Shown in pieces: positions 39,659-49,988 of a DNA stretch of 64,000 bases. The stretch comes from Silvanigrellaceae bacterium (lineage in GTDB: Bacteria > Bdellovibrionota_B > Oligoflexia > Silvanigrellales > Silvanigrellaceae). Position numbers and translations under genes: made by a program. Below the pieces are notes generated by a model. The model made no database searches. It was given only the letters and a program-made list of their open reading frames with translations, and was not told the origin of the DNA. Location: contig JBMSQQ010000003.1 of the NCBI GenBank assembly GCA_049423385.1, positions 1 to 64,000 of the forward strand. Reading direction: 5' to 3'. Positions within the stretch are counted from its first letter, which is position 1. Each line of letters begins with the position of its first letter.

Positions 39659-40444
39659 ATGAAAAAGATAAGAGTATTGGCAGCTTTGGCATTGACCACA
39701 GGGGTTGCCGCATGCGGGCAAAACAACAACTCAAACATCATGGCTTCGGATTCAGAGAATGGCGTTCATTATGTTGTCATTGGTCAAGACACGGTTTTGA
39801 AAAAAACCAAGGAAGACTCGTCGACCCTCAAGCCCGGTACAGAGAAATGCAATGTTCCCGCCGGAACAAAACTTCAACTATCTGAAGCGCCCCGCTATGA
39901 CGTGAATCACTACATCGTGAACACTGCGGAATTCCTGAATGACTGCAGTTTCAGCAAGGGTTATCTGTTCAGCAAGCATGTGTCCAAGACAAGCTTGGGT
40001 GGTGCTTTTTCTCCCAATGTAAAAGCCTTTCTCGACACGATTGCTTTTGCTGAAGGCACCGATGACCGCTACGACATTATTTTCACTTATGCGCGGTTCT
40101 TCAGCTATGCCGATCACCCACGTGATTTGCGTTGCTCGGGTTCCTTGTGCTCCGACGCCGCAGGCCGTTACCAATTTTTGTCGACCACCTGGGACAATCT
40201 GGCGAGGAGACTCGCGCTTTATGACTTTTCACCCGAGAACCAAGACCGCGCTGCTGTTCAACTCATCAAGGATGCAGGAGTCTATGGAAAAGTCGTCAGC
40301 ATTTCGAGCTTCAATGAGTTCGCTGATGCTGCCTACGGTGTGTCTGCGACCTGGGCCTCAATGCCGGGAAGCCCTTACGGACAACCAACCTATTCGGCCT
40401 CAACCCTGTACTCGAAGTTCAACACATTCCTGAACAGATATTGA
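39659..40444 (+). CDS. Lipoprotein with C-terminal lambda-R-type muramidase/lytic transglycosylase (GH104-like) domain
   Basis: GGAGG RBS, lipobox VAAC; AFLDTIAFAEGT, DHP, SDAAGRYQFLSTTW, DFSPENQD, WASMPG..YGQ. Confidence 0.88.
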   Translation: MKKIRVLAALALTTGVAACGQNNNSNIMASDSENGVHYVVIGQDTVLKKTKEDSSTLKPGTEKCNVPAGTKLQLSEAPRYDVNHYIVNTAEFLNDCSFSKGYLFSKHVSKTSLGGAFSPNVKAFLDTIAFAEGTDDRYDIIFTYARFFSYADHPRDLRCSGSLCSDAAGRYQFLSTTWDNLARRLALYDFSPENQDRAAVQLIKDAGVYGKVVSISSFNEFADAAYGVSATWASMPGSPYGQPTYSASTLYSKFNTFLNRY

Positions 40445-40473
40445 GAATTTAAGAGCCTCGATACATGCGAATG

Positions 40474-40507
40474 CAAAGGTGCGCCTCAATTGCGAGGTGC
40501 GCCTTTG
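40474..40507. terminator. Hairpin between convergent genes (possible bidirectional terminator)
   Basis: CAAAGGTGCGCCTC-AATTGC-GAGGTGCGCCTTTG, 14-bp stem with two G-U pairs on the + strand. Confidence 0.45.
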
Positions 40508-40983
40508 TCGATCCATTCCTTGATTTTTTGCTTTTGCTCATCTGTTGGATCATTTGCATCGCCGCCACCGGACCTGGTGTGAAGATAGGGTTTGCATGAA
40601 CCAGTCATCGCTTCTTTGGTAGGCGCGTCCATCATGGCGTACAGAATCGAATTTGCCGATGATCCAGGTTCAACATATTTCAAAGACTCACAACCCAAAC
40701 CGGCAAATCGCGCGATGGCTTGATTGAGCTTGAGCGAGTTGTACGCTGCATCTTCGGTCGTCATGTCGAGATTCTTCACATTGTCCTTGTATGCGACGTT
40801 GTCGGGACTGTGGCATTGACCACAATCCTTGAGATAAGCCGAGTACAAGCCGCTGAAGGTGGACAAGTCCGGTTCTTTCTTTTTCTCACCATCGCAAGCC
40901 ACGAGAATCAGCGGAATCACAGCAGCCAATCCAAGACGGAAGAATTGGGACGTTGTTCCTACAAAAAAACACAAAGTTTTCAT
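40486..40983 (-). CDS. Monoheme c-type cytochrome lipoprotein
   Basis: Lipobox LVAC, CGQCH heme motif, VEPG....S.LY, I.EWI..GA ending; AAGGA RBS. Confidence 0.75.
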   Translation of the reverse strand: MKTLCFFVGTTSQFFRLGLAAVIPLILVACDGEKKKEPDLSTFSGLYSAYLKDCGQCHSPDNVAYKDNVKNLDMTTEDAAYNSLKLNQAIARFAGLGCESLKYVEPGSSANSILYAMMDAPTKEAMTGSCKPYLHTRSGGGDANDPTDEQKQKIKEWIDKGAPRN

Positions 40984-40984
40984 T

Positions 40985-43900
40985 TTATTTTCCTTGTCCT
41001 GGCTGATTGACTCGTTTTTTGATGCGTTCGACATGTGCAGACAAAGAATTTCTCTCATCGCCATTCAGAAGCTCAACACGGTCCGATTTTGCAATGGAAT
41101 CCAGTTCCACGATCGCATCGGATCGGCTGATGAAATCGCGCTGACCTGCTGCCAGAAGAGTCGCACGGGCAGCAGACTGTTCTGCCTTCAAGCGCAGCCA
41201 GCGATTTGCCATGGGGCGACTCGCGCCTGCCAACGAATCCAGCTTCGACAAGGCACGGCGGCCGAGATTCAGATAGGACTCGAGGCCTTTGGCAGAGAGT
41301 GCGATCTTTTTATCCGTGTAACGACTCGACAACATCCAACCAACCCGCAGGGTTTCGAGAATGGCTTCATCCGCCGGCTCGCCCGAATCCTCGGCCGTTT
41401 CAGATGCCAGACTCAGGCATTTCTCAAACTGCTGGACCGACTTTGCTGATTCATTGGCAGACCACAAATCAGTTGCCTGGGCCGAACAATCCTTGAGAAC
41501 GAAGCGAGCCCAGTTTTCCTTGCTGAGAGCAAATGACTTGAGTGATTTTTCCCAGCCTCCCATGATCCGCATGCGGTTTTCACGCAGCGGCACCCTGGCT
41601 GACGCATTGGTGTTCATTTGGGTGAGGAAGCCCCATGAAAGCGCACTGTATCGTTCTGGCTGAAAGTCGACAACATCGCCGGGAAGTCCGGATGCTTTGC
41701 GCGAGGAAGTTTTTTCGGCAAGAAGAATGGCCTTGTCGAACGCGTTGGCCGCAAGTTTGGATTGTCCGGATTTCATCAGAGTCCAACCCTGCATGAACAA
41801 GGCCTTCAAGGCATTTTCATCGCGGCGCTTTTCGATCCGGCCGACCAATTGACCGTAAATTTCGGAGGCCTCCTTGAATTTGTCAGCCTGCGAAAGATAG
41901 AACGCCGTCTTCTCCAACCAGCCATCCAGTTGTTCATCGCTCAGCTTGAGAGCTTTTGCTGCTGCAAGCGCCTGTTGGGAAACCTCGGCAGCACGCAAAA
42001 ACTCACCATTGCGGTACAAGGCTCTCGCAAAATTCCAGCGGAATGCCTGTCGCAGTTGTTCGTTTTCGAAGGCAATTTTCTCACGAGCCGCAAAAAATCC
42101 GGAAGCAAGTCCGAAGCGGTTGGTTTGCAGGTGAAGCATTGCCAGATTTTGAAGAATCTGTGCGCTCATTCGCGGGCTTTTACGCGCAAGATCAAGAGCA
42201 ATCATATACTGATGATGCGCTGCCTGGCTCAAATCCTGGTCGAAAGTGAAGCCTTTCATCCTGCGCAGCATTTTTTCGTGGGAAACATAGCCGAGCAGAA
42301 AATGTTTTCCGGCGGGTCGAGAACCATCGTCCTTCAATCCGAGCAGAAGTTTTTCCGCGTCGTCCAGCAGTTCGATTGAATCCTTGTCCTTGCGCGCAAG
42401 GTCATCAAAAAGCAGCACGGCCGCTTTTGCAAAATCCAGATTTGCAGCTGTGAAGGACGCGCTCTTGAGGCTCTCATAGCGCTCATCCAGCAGCTTGCGG
42501 TTGTTGTCCTGGAGAAGCGTCGTCACAAACCCAAGATGTGCTTCCTGGTCATCGGTGAGGCGAACCGAAGAGTAATAAACTTGCGAGGCGGATTTGGAAT
42601 CCTGCTTTGCCCAGAATCCATAGGCCTTGTCGAGCACGACTGAAACATACTGATCGCGTGCATGCATGAATTCGGTGTCGCTCAACTTTGCTGCCGACAG
42701 CCAATTGGTTGCAACAAAGCCCATGACTCTCGTCTTGTTGAATTCGGCCAAGGTCAAAACGGCCTGCACGGCTATGGCACGATTCAAATAATATTGGTCC
42801 GCGGTCTTCGCAAAAATCTTGTTGAACTCCGGGAAGAATTTATCTTCATCCGTCTCATTCCGGGCAATCGCGATTCTCAGAACAGCTTCTTGCGAAGAAA
42901 GCAACGTGTCGATCAATGATCCGGATTTGACCTTCACATGGATGGCTTGAATCCTCGCCAGCCTGTCCGCCGGCGACTTGTATGTCTCGGCAATCTTGCC
43001 GACAATGACCGAAGACACGAAAGCTTTGGACTCATCACTCAGGATTCCACTCTGAGCCACAGAGGATGCGACATCGTACCAGGTGTCCATTGAAATTGTT
43101 TTCTGATCCGAAAGCTGTCTCGACAATGAAAAATAAACGTACTGCTCGAGCGGCGAACGCTGCTGAGCAATGTTCGCAGACATGAAACGTTCTTTTGCCT
43201 TTGCTGGATTGCGCGAATACAGATCGACATAAGCCAAGGCAAGGTTGGCGAACGATTTGAATCCACTGTTTTCACGCTCAAGAATTTTTCGCTTTTCGCT
43301 CAAAAGCGAAACGAATTCGGGTGAAATTTGATCCAGTCGTTCACGCGCGCGGTATTGCATGACTTCGAGAAGATTGCGCAAGACAGAGTAACCTGGTTTA
43401 TCGGAGGCAGGCGCACCAGCCTCGATAAAGCCAAGAAAATACAGTGCAGCCTGATATTCCCCGGTCAGAAAGTGATGACTGAAGGTCTTTTCAAGGGATT
43501 CGATGTTCCGATATTTTTCGAAGCGATAGCGCAATGCGTTGATGATGAGCGTGCGCTCGGCAATACTGCGGCTCGTTCGGTAGGCATCGAGCAGCGTCTG
43601 TTCCGTCCAGGCCACCGGAACAAGACCTGTACGTGGAATGCGATACACATCCAATGCACCTTCAAAAGCGCAGGTCATGAACAAATTGTCTCTACCGGGA
43701 GCAGGATAATTGCAGTTCTGGTCCGCGGTGGTCAGCTGTTCCGGCAAAATGGCTGCACCCTGACTTTCAAGTTGACCAACAGGAATACGGAACAACACTC
43801 CATTGTCATTACCGTCGATCCGCGCATCCCCATTGGTGTCATTTGAAAATTGCGCGAAATAGACAGATTCGCCGCGTTCATCGAAGTGTGGAAATCCAGA

Positions 43901-44680
43901 CAACCCCGGCAAAGACACATTGAGCGCCCAGGTCCTCGAGTCTTTGATGCGAAACACTTTCAAAACGCGTTCCAAATCAAAAGCCTCGGTGCCTGCTTTT
44001 TTATCGGCAGTTGAAGCGAAAACAATCCAGCGTCCTTGCGCGTCGGCGTGAGCAGAAAAAATCTGGTCTTCGAGCAGGACCTTTTTCTCTCCGCTTTGCA
44101 GATTCCAGCTCACCAGCTGTGCCTTGCTGCTGCCCAATGGGCGACGGATAAAGCCAAGAAGCTGCTGCGAAAGCCAGAAAGGCTGCTCCGATGCACTGCT
44201 TTCATCGGCGCAGACTGGCTTGGCGGCCTTTTCCAACAAGACATCCTGCACAGCTTGAACGCAGACATCACCGCGGGCACGCATTTCAAACGATGTGTAC
44301 GCAATGCGGGAACTGTCCGCGCTGATCGCAGGGTCCTTGGTATCGAATTCGGCCTTGACGAGTGGTTGCGCCTGTCCGAGCGAACCGGAACCCTTCAAAC
44401 CTCGCCAAAACAAGCGGGTCGCAAGATTGGAGCTGCGGGTGAAGAAGATCTTGTCTTCATTGCCACCAATTGCGACCTGAAAATGGTTTTCCGGACCCAC
44501 TGTCAGTTTCTCGAGAGCCTCCATCCTGGGCATCCGCAATGAACCCGGAGATGCTGCAAAAGCCTCTGCAACAGTCAATGTGCACCAAAGTCCCAGCAAA
44601 AGTTGCGCGGAAAATCGATGTGAAGGTAGATGCGACGTCTGTTTTTTCGTTTTGTTTTGAATGAACATCGTCAACCTCAA
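40985..44680 (-). CDS. Large exported protein: TolB-like beta-propeller + long TPR/helical region
   Basis: Signal peptide; DPAISADSSRIAYTS, QPFWLS, PHFD PD40-like repeats; DTNGDARIDGND Ca-binding-like loop; TPR-like helices. Confidence 0.7.
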   Translation of the reverse strand: MRLTMFIQNKTKKQTSHLPSHRFSAQLLLGLWCTLTVAEAFAASPGSLRMPRMEALEKLTVGPENHFQVAIGGNEDKIFFTRSSNLATRLFWRGLKGSGSLGQAQPLVKAEFDTKDPAISADSSRIAYTSFEMRARGDVCVQAVQDVLLEKAAKPVCADESSASEQPFWLSQQLLGFIRRPLGSSKAQLVSWNLQSGEKKVLLEDQIFSAHADAQGRWIVFASTADKKAGTEAFDLERVLKVFRIKDSRTWALNVSLPGLSGFPHFDERGESVYFAQFSNDTNGDARIDGNDNGVLFRIPVGQLESQGAAILPEQLTTADQNCNYPAPGRDNLFMTCAFEGALDVYRIPRTGLVPVAWTEQTLLDAYRTSRSIAERTLIINALRYRFEKYRNIESLEKTFSHHFLTGEYQAALYFLGFIEAGAPASDKPGYSVLRNLLEVMQYRARERLDQISPEFVSLLSEKRKILERENSGFKSFANLALAYVDLYSRNPAKAKERFMSANIAQQRSPLEQYVYFSLSRQLSDQKTISMDTWYDVASSVAQSGILSDESKAFVSSVIVGKIAETYKSPADRLARIQAIHVKVKSGSLIDTLLSSQEAVLRIAIARNETDEDKFFPEFNKIFAKTADQYYLNRAIAVQAVLTLAEFNKTRVMGFVATNWLSAAKLSDTEFMHARDQYVSVVLDKAYGFWAKQDSKSASQVYYSSVRLTDDQEAHLGFVTTLLQDNNRKLLDERYESLKSASFTAANLDFAKAAVLLFDDLARKDKDSIELLDDAEKLLLGLKDDGSRPAGKHFLLGYVSHEKMLRRMKGFTFDQDLSQAAHHQYMIALDLARKSPRMSAQILQNLAMLHLQTNRFGLASGFFAAREKIAFENEQLRQAFRWNFARALYRNGEFLRAAEVSQQALAAAKALKLSDEQLDGWLEKTAFYLSQADKFKEASEIYGQLVGRIEKRRDENALKALFMQGWTLMKSGQSKLAANAFDKAILLAEKTSSRKASGLPGDVVDFQPERYSALSWGFLTQMNTNASARVPLRENRMRIMGGWEKSLKSFALSKENWARFVLKDCSAQATDLWSANESAKSVQQFEKCLSLASETAEDSGEPADEAILETLRVGWMLSSRYTDKKIALSAKGLESYLNLGRRALSKLDSLAGASRPMANRWLRLKAEQSAARATLLAAGQRDFISRSDAIVELDSIAKSDRVELLNGDERNSLSAHVERIKKRVNQPGQGK

Positions 44681-44934
44681 CGTTTGTTGGACTGGTTCAA
44701 CGTGTAGTCACCATCCATCACCTGATATGCTTTTTCCTTGCGCTTTTCGGTCGCACCGGGTGGCAGCACCGTTGGTCGGAAATCCACCGACTTCTGTTCT
44801 GCTGCTTTCTCAAGGTCCGGCCAATCGCCTGAACTTTCCTCTTCGATGAGAGTGGTTCTGTCGATGACAACCAAAGTCGGAACACAGCCGACAAGTGCAA
44901 GGGCAGCAGCACAAACAAAAATTGCTTTTTTCAT
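44677..44934 (-). CDS. Small lipoprotein (YnbE/DUF1318 N-terminus-like)
   Basis: Lipobox LVGC then VPTLVVIDRTT.IEEE; overlaps both neighbours by 4 nt. Confidence 0.6.
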   Translation of the reverse strand: MKKAIFVCAAALALVGCVPTLVVIDRTTLIEEESSGDWPDLEKAAEQKSVDFRPTVLPPGATEKRKEKAYQVMDGDYTLNQSNKR

Positions 44935-47900
44935 TGAATCGGTACCTCACGCATTGTTTTAACCAAATCTTGTGTTTTTGCATTGATGATTGGAGTCAGC
45001 GGCAGATGCGGAATAGCGAAGCGCTGAGAAACCACACCGCCGATGCCAACATCCAAATCCAGGAAGCCCTGCAGCATTTGTAATCCAACATAGGTTGGAT
45101 ATCCAACCGCCAAGGCCAGGCGTGCCTTGTTGAGCAACGGATCGGCACCTGTGGGATCGAGCACGTCCATCATCGCCAGCAACTGGTTCTTGCCGATTTC
45201 GGTGACATCCACGCGCCCCTCGACCAATGACTTCGAGAGATCCACATCCATGGCAAGGCGTGCGCTCAGCGGCGCCGGTTTGGCCAAATCAGGCTTTGCT
45301 GCCAGGAGTGCCGTATTGAGTTTCGTGACCCGCCCCTGGAGCCCGGCAACAAGGCGGGACGGCTGAATGTCGACAAAACCTTGTCCGGCAAGAACTCCCT
45401 CAAAAACATCCGCGTCAAGCTTGTCGATGCTCAACATGTTTTGCTTCAACGAGAACCGTCCGCGCAGCGGCCCAAACTTTTTGTCGAGTGCGCTCAATTG
45501 CTCGATCACGAGAAGCGAATCCTCGTTCAACATAGGCACAAATTTGGATGCATCCACCCGCTTGAACGGATTGTCCTGAATCAAATAGGTCCATTTGAGG
45601 CTCTTCAAATTGACAAGTTCCAGCTCCTGTTGAAAAGGGATGCGACCGTTTGCGTTTTGAATGCCACCCAGCTGATGTTGGGCTGAAAATCCCTCGAGCC
45701 TCGCTTCGCCAGCCAATCGAACGGACTTTTGTTCTTTTTGCGTCAACTCCCAGCCCACGTGAACGATACCATCGAGCGCAACCTTGTCCTGGGCTCGAAT
45801 TCCATAGCGGAAAAGTTTGGGCGGCTTGACGGCAAGCTTGCCTTCAAATCGACTGTTGGTCGCCTTGATGTCGCTGCCTCCCCGGAAGGTCACATTGAAT
45901 TGATCCCGGCCGGTGTTCACGTTGCCCTGACGAATATCAACCCGAGTTTTCGCGTCTGTCTGAAGACTCAACTGGGTTGCGACATCTTTCAAATAGGGGC
46001 CAATCTCCTCCGGAAGACCCATTGTTTTGGCGGGATCAATCCGCCCGACATTTGCTTTCAATCCCAAATCGACACCGTCCGAGAGATCAATCCTGGAGCG
46101 CGCGTTGAGACTCCCGGAAATCGACTCGACAGTGGCCAATGCGGGAATGCCGGCCTTGGGAATCTGAAAAACCACATCTGCAGTCAGCTGATTGCGTGCG
46201 AGTCGAGCCTTGACAGTCGATTTCAATGGGCCTGCGATTTGCAACATGTTTTTGTCAAACAGTGGCATCGTCGGCTTTTCAAGAAACTGGACCTGTGCGT
46301 CGACATCTGCCGCCAGCGTCAAAAGCTTCAGGGGAGGGATTGTAGCTTTGAGAATCGTGTCGGAATTGTGTGGCAGAGAAATTTTCCATTTGGCATTGAT
46401 CCCGGTTCCTCCCAGCATTCCCAGCTGATCTGCCAACGGCGTCAGTTTCCGCAACCTCAGGAGAGCGAACACGTCGGTCATTCCCGACAAGGTCAGGTTT
46501 CGTGGTGCGTTCATCACATCCAATTGATTTTTCAGCAATGGCAAACCTGCCCAATCGACCTGGGTTGTCACCTTTATATCCTTCAGCAACTTGGGCTGTG
46601 GAATTTCAATCCGTCCTTGAATCTGCAACCCGCCCGGAAAATGAAGGGCAGTGGGAGATTTCCTGGGGGGCTCTCGGATTTGCTCAATCTCAATTTTGTG
46701 AATCAGCCCAACGTTGCGAATTCCTGCGTCCAGGGTGTCAAGAAGCGCCTGCAAATCCTTCCATTGGCTGGAAATGTTGATGCCAACAGAATTTTTAAGC
46801 TTGAGAAGTCCCAGTGAATCATTCACCGGCTTCAAGGAAGGAATGAAACCCAGCAGATGATCCTTGATGTATGTTTCGTTTTCAATTGCGACCGTCCAGT
46901 CGCCCTTTTCTGTCGACTTCAAATCCACGGTCGCAGACAACAGTCCCTCTTTGGGCTTGCCCCAGGTGATCCCTGGACGAACGATCAATTCCTTGAGGCG
47001 AGCACCCGACAAGGGCTTGCGCAAATCTCTCAACAATGGTGGTTGCAATCGAACATCAAGTGGAGTCTCGAACTCAAGACCCGCAAGATAATCGGGATTG
47101 ATGGATTTGAGCAACGATGAAAATGCTGCTCCCTTCAATGACAAGGCTTCCAATTGAACACGCAACGGAGAATTGCGGGAACTCAATCGATATTCAGCGG
47201 GTGAAAGATCGAGACTCACAGAAGCCGCTATCCCAAGCCGCGCTTTGGCATCAATTCCATCCGCAGGCAACTTCAGGTGGGCATCCAATCCGGAAATCTC
47301 AATCCCGGATTCCCCACCCAGCGTCAGCGACTGCACCAAAGGCGGAAACTTGTCACCGATTTGCTTTTGAAACTCCGATGCAGAGACAGATTCGAGCGAA
47401 TAGATGTCCTTGAGATCCAGCCGAATCGGGGCAGGAATTTTCTGCTGAATCATCAATTGCTTCAAGGACACTTGTGCAATCCCACCCTTGGCCAAGCGGG
47501 AGGTCAGCTGGGTTTTTCCGGAAAGAATGAAGAGAATGTTCGAAAGCTCAAAATTCGGTGCCGTGGTGTCCACAAATGAAAGCTTGAGGTTGCTCTCCAA
47601 CTGGATATCGGGCTGCATCTCAAAATGCAAAAATGGCAATGCTGGCGAAAGACGCTCAGCCTCCAGCAGAAGATTTTTCCTTGCCCGCCCGGTCACGGAA
47701 CCAATCCGAACCTTGATACCGGCATTCAGTTGTTTGCTCTCGAGACTCAGTTCAGAAGCAAAATCAAGATCGTGCAATCCAACTTTGGCGACGAGAGGAC
47801 CCTGTTTGATGATGGCATCCAAACTCAATCCACGAATGACAATCGAATTGAGATTCACAGCAGCTGGAGGATTGACAATCAAGTCTTTCAGCAAAGCCAA

Positions 47901-48311
47901 CGGATTGGACGGCTCACTCTTTGAACTGTCCTTCGGCAAATTCAATTCGGCCTTGACGCGCGGCGCCACAACTTCAATTTCCGATACCTGAAGTCGTCGT
48001 TTGAGCAATTCCCAAAATGAAAAACGCACCAGAACACTTTCTAGTTCGAGCTCAATTTTGCCCAACTCAGGGTCGTTCAAACTTGCAGAGACTCCATCGA
48101 GTGCAACCCGTGCGAGCGGATCAATCGAAAGACCCTTGATTTGAGTTTTGAGGTTGAAATCCTTTTCCAGCCTCGCTTGAACTGGCGGCAGGATTTTACC
48201 CATCACAAATGGACTTCGGACAGCAGCCAACAACAAGGCCACCAGTAGAAACAAACTGCCCAGCAGGATCGTGAGATATTGCAACAACTTCAACGGTGGA
48301 ACCAACCGCAC
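44931..48311 (-). CDS. AsmA/YdbH/TamB-like intermembrane bridge protein
   Basis: N-terminal TM anchor, LLKRRLQVSEIEVVAP AsmA-type segment, long amphipathic beta content; GGAGG RBS before GTG 48311. Confidence 0.7.
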   Translation of the reverse strand: MRLVPPLKLLQYLTILLGSLFLLVALLLAAVRSPFVMGKILPPVQARLEKDFNLKTQIKGLSIDPLARVALDGVSASLNDPELGKIELELESVLVRFSFWELLKRRLQVSEIEVVAPRVKAELNLPKDSSKSEPSNPLALLKDLIVNPPAAVNLNSIVIRGLSLDAIIKQGPLVAKVGLHDLDFASELSLESKQLNAGIKVRIGSVTGRARKNLLLEAERLSPALPFLHFEMQPDIQLESNLKLSFVDTTAPNFELSNILFILSGKTQLTSRLAKGGIAQVSLKQLMIQQKIPAPIRLDLKDIYSLESVSASEFQKQIGDKFPPLVQSLTLGGESGIEISGLDAHLKLPADGIDAKARLGIAASVSLDLSPAEYRLSSRNSPLRVQLEALSLKGAAFSSLLKSINPDYLAGLEFETPLDVRLQPPLLRDLRKPLSGARLKELIVRPGITWGKPKEGLLSATVDLKSTEKGDWTVAIENETYIKDHLLGFIPSLKPVNDSLGLLKLKNSVGINISSQWKDLQALLDTLDAGIRNVGLIHKIEIEQIREPPRKSPTALHFPGGLQIQGRIEIPQPKLLKDIKVTTQVDWAGLPLLKNQLDVMNAPRNLTLSGMTDVFALLRLRKLTPLADQLGMLGGTGINAKWKISLPHNSDTILKATIPPLKLLTLAADVDAQVQFLEKPTMPLFDKNMLQIAGPLKSTVKARLARNQLTADVVFQIPKAGIPALATVESISGSLNARSRIDLSDGVDLGLKANVGRIDPAKTMGLPEEIGPYLKDVATQLSLQTDAKTRVDIRQGNVNTGRDQFNVTFRGGSDIKATNSRFEGKLAVKPPKLFRYGIRAQDKVALDGIVHVGWELTQKEQKSVRLAGEARLEGFSAQHQLGGIQNANGRIPFQQELELVNLKSLKWTYLIQDNPFKRVDASKFVPMLNEDSLLVIEQLSALDKKFGPLRGRFSLKQNMLSIDKLDADVFEGVLAGQGFVDIQPSRLVAGLQGRVTKLNTALLAAKPDLAKPAPLSARLAMDVDLSKSLVEGRVDVTEIGKNQLLAMMDVLDPTGADPLLNKARLALAVGYPTYVGLQMLQGFLDLDVGIGGVVSQRFAIPHLPLTPIINAKTQDLVKTMREVPIQ

Positions 48312-48419
48312 AAGCCCTCCGAGGCGCGAGATATTCGTCAAGATTAACGAAACAAATCCTTCGCCGCATGTCATTGTCGTGACAGCCAAGGGTGCCGTCA
48401 TGTCCCGCCAGAATCAACG

Positions 48420-49823
48420 ATGATCTTTTTTCCCTCTCGAACCATCAGCGTGCTGATAGAATACCGAATTGCAAGGTGTTTTGAACAATTGTGGAATCAA
48501 GTGAAAAGGCAAATGCGCATGGCAATTGCTCACCCCAGACACTGGCAGCGTTTGCTGCAAAGAAAACTGGCAGAACAAACACGGCTCAACTGGCGCTGGC
48601 TGTTCGTCCGCGTGTTCAATGATGCAACTGCGAGGGCAAAAAGGTTCGACATCGCATCCGACTCGCGTGCTTTGTCTTTCACGTTCATTCTTTCACTTGT
48701 TCCTCTGCTTGCCATCGCTTTCACCTTTTTCAAGTTGTTCGGGGGCTTGAACTATTTTCTGGAAAACACACTCAAGCCTTTGCTCGAGAAGAGTTTCCCA
48801 ATAAACGTTGCAGAACAGCTGAAATCATTCATCGACGGCTTCGTCGGCAATCTGCAAACAGGCACACTGGGAGTCGTCTCGTTCGTGACGCTCCTTGCCA
48901 CCGTGATTGTACTGATGATGAACATTGAACAAAGTTTCAATCGCATCTTTGAGGCGCGCGATCGTCGCTCGATCATGAAGAGAATTGGCAGTTATTGGAT
49001 TATGCTGTCAGCAACACCGCTGATTATTGTCTTGAGCTCCGCAAAATCATCTGAACTTCTTCTCGCATTCAAATCATCAAAAGGCATTTTGAACCAATTT
49101 GGCGTTGTTGATTTTCTTAGATTTGCGGTGGGACACCTTGTCCAGGTCGTTGGCTTTGGCAGCCTCTTCATCGTTCTTCCCGCGAACAAACCCAGGCTGA
49201 TTTCTGCTTTCTGGGGCGCTCTTGTCACTCATCTTGTCTTTCAGTTGCTTGCAACAATCAATGTCCACTACGCGACATTTGTCTTTTCAAACAGCACGAA
49301 TCTGCGTTTGTACGGAAGCCTTCCCTTGCTTGTGTTGGTCTTCCTCATCTGGTTGCGCCTTGTGTGGCTCGGAATCCTTTACGGTGCCTGCGTTTGTGTT
49401 TCGATCGACAGATACCTCGACACAGTCAAAAGTTCAGAAAACAAGAAGCCCTGGCAGGTTCCCCATGACACAATCCTCAACTGCATCCGAACACTTGAAC
49501 ACTATATCGAGTCATTCAATCAACAACGGCGCCCCTTGTCCCACGCCGATGTCGCAGCGCTTCTCGAGATCTCCATCGATGAACTCGAGCAGCATCAGGA
49601 GCGATTGCAGCGCAAAGGCTTGATTATTCCGATACGATTCGAGGAACGGGATTGCTTCGCGGCAACCGTGTCGGCTCTCAATTGCCACACTCAACCACGT
49701 CAACTGGTTGCAGACCTTCTTGAAATCCCACCCAACCAGCTCAAGACAGCGTCGTTTTCCGAGTCCAATCCGCAAGATCTCGTCCAGCAGGCTCGGACCA
49801 TCCTGGCTTCGCTGGGAAGCTGA
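48420..49823 (+). CDS. YihY/BrkB-family membrane protein with C-terminal HTH-like extension
   Basis: ALSFTFILSLVPLL, NIEQSFNRIF, LYGSLP...FLIWL; start may be ~48513. Confidence 0.88.
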   Translation: MIFFPSRTISVLIEYRIARCFEQLWNQVKRQMRMAIAHPRHWQRLLQRKLAEQTRLNWRWLFVRVFNDATARAKRFDIASDSRALSFTFILSLVPLLAIAFTFFKLFGGLNYFLENTLKPLLEKSFPINVAEQLKSFIDGFVGNLQTGTLGVVSFVTLLATVIVLMMNIEQSFNRIFEARDRRSIMKRIGSYWIMLSATPLIIVLSSAKSSELLLAFKSSKGILNQFGVVDFLRFAVGHLVQVVGFGSLFIVLPANKPRLISAFWGALVTHLVFQLLATINVHYATFVFSNSTNLRLYGSLPLLVLVFLIWLRLVWLGILYGACVCVSIDRYLDTVKSSENKKPWQVPHDTILNCIRTLEHYIESFNQQRRPLSHADVAALLEISIDELEQHQERLQRKGLIIPIRFEERDCFAATVSALNCHTQPRQLVADLLEIPPNQLKTASFSESNPQDLVQQARTILASLGS

Positions 49824-49927
49824 ATCCATTTTGCTCCAATGCTCCAGGTACAAGCCGTGCAAACCCGCGCTTTTCGGGTAGTTACACCATCCAAGACAGC
49901 TCTGGAAAGCACTTGCATTTCGCCATC

Positions 49928-49955
49928 TTAAGTTTCCCCAACGGCCAACCGATAG
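49928..49955 (+). promoter_or_regulatory. Putative sigma28-type promoter
   Basis: TTAAGTTT-N12-ACCGATAG. Confidence 0.55.
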
Positions 49956-49988
49956 CGCCAACGATGGCGGTTGATGGCATGAAGAGGG

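Noticed and set aside
39659..40444. Prophage, suggested by the endolysin-like gene
   Set aside because: No integrase, holin, terminase or structural genes; gene has a lipobox and a host-type promoter
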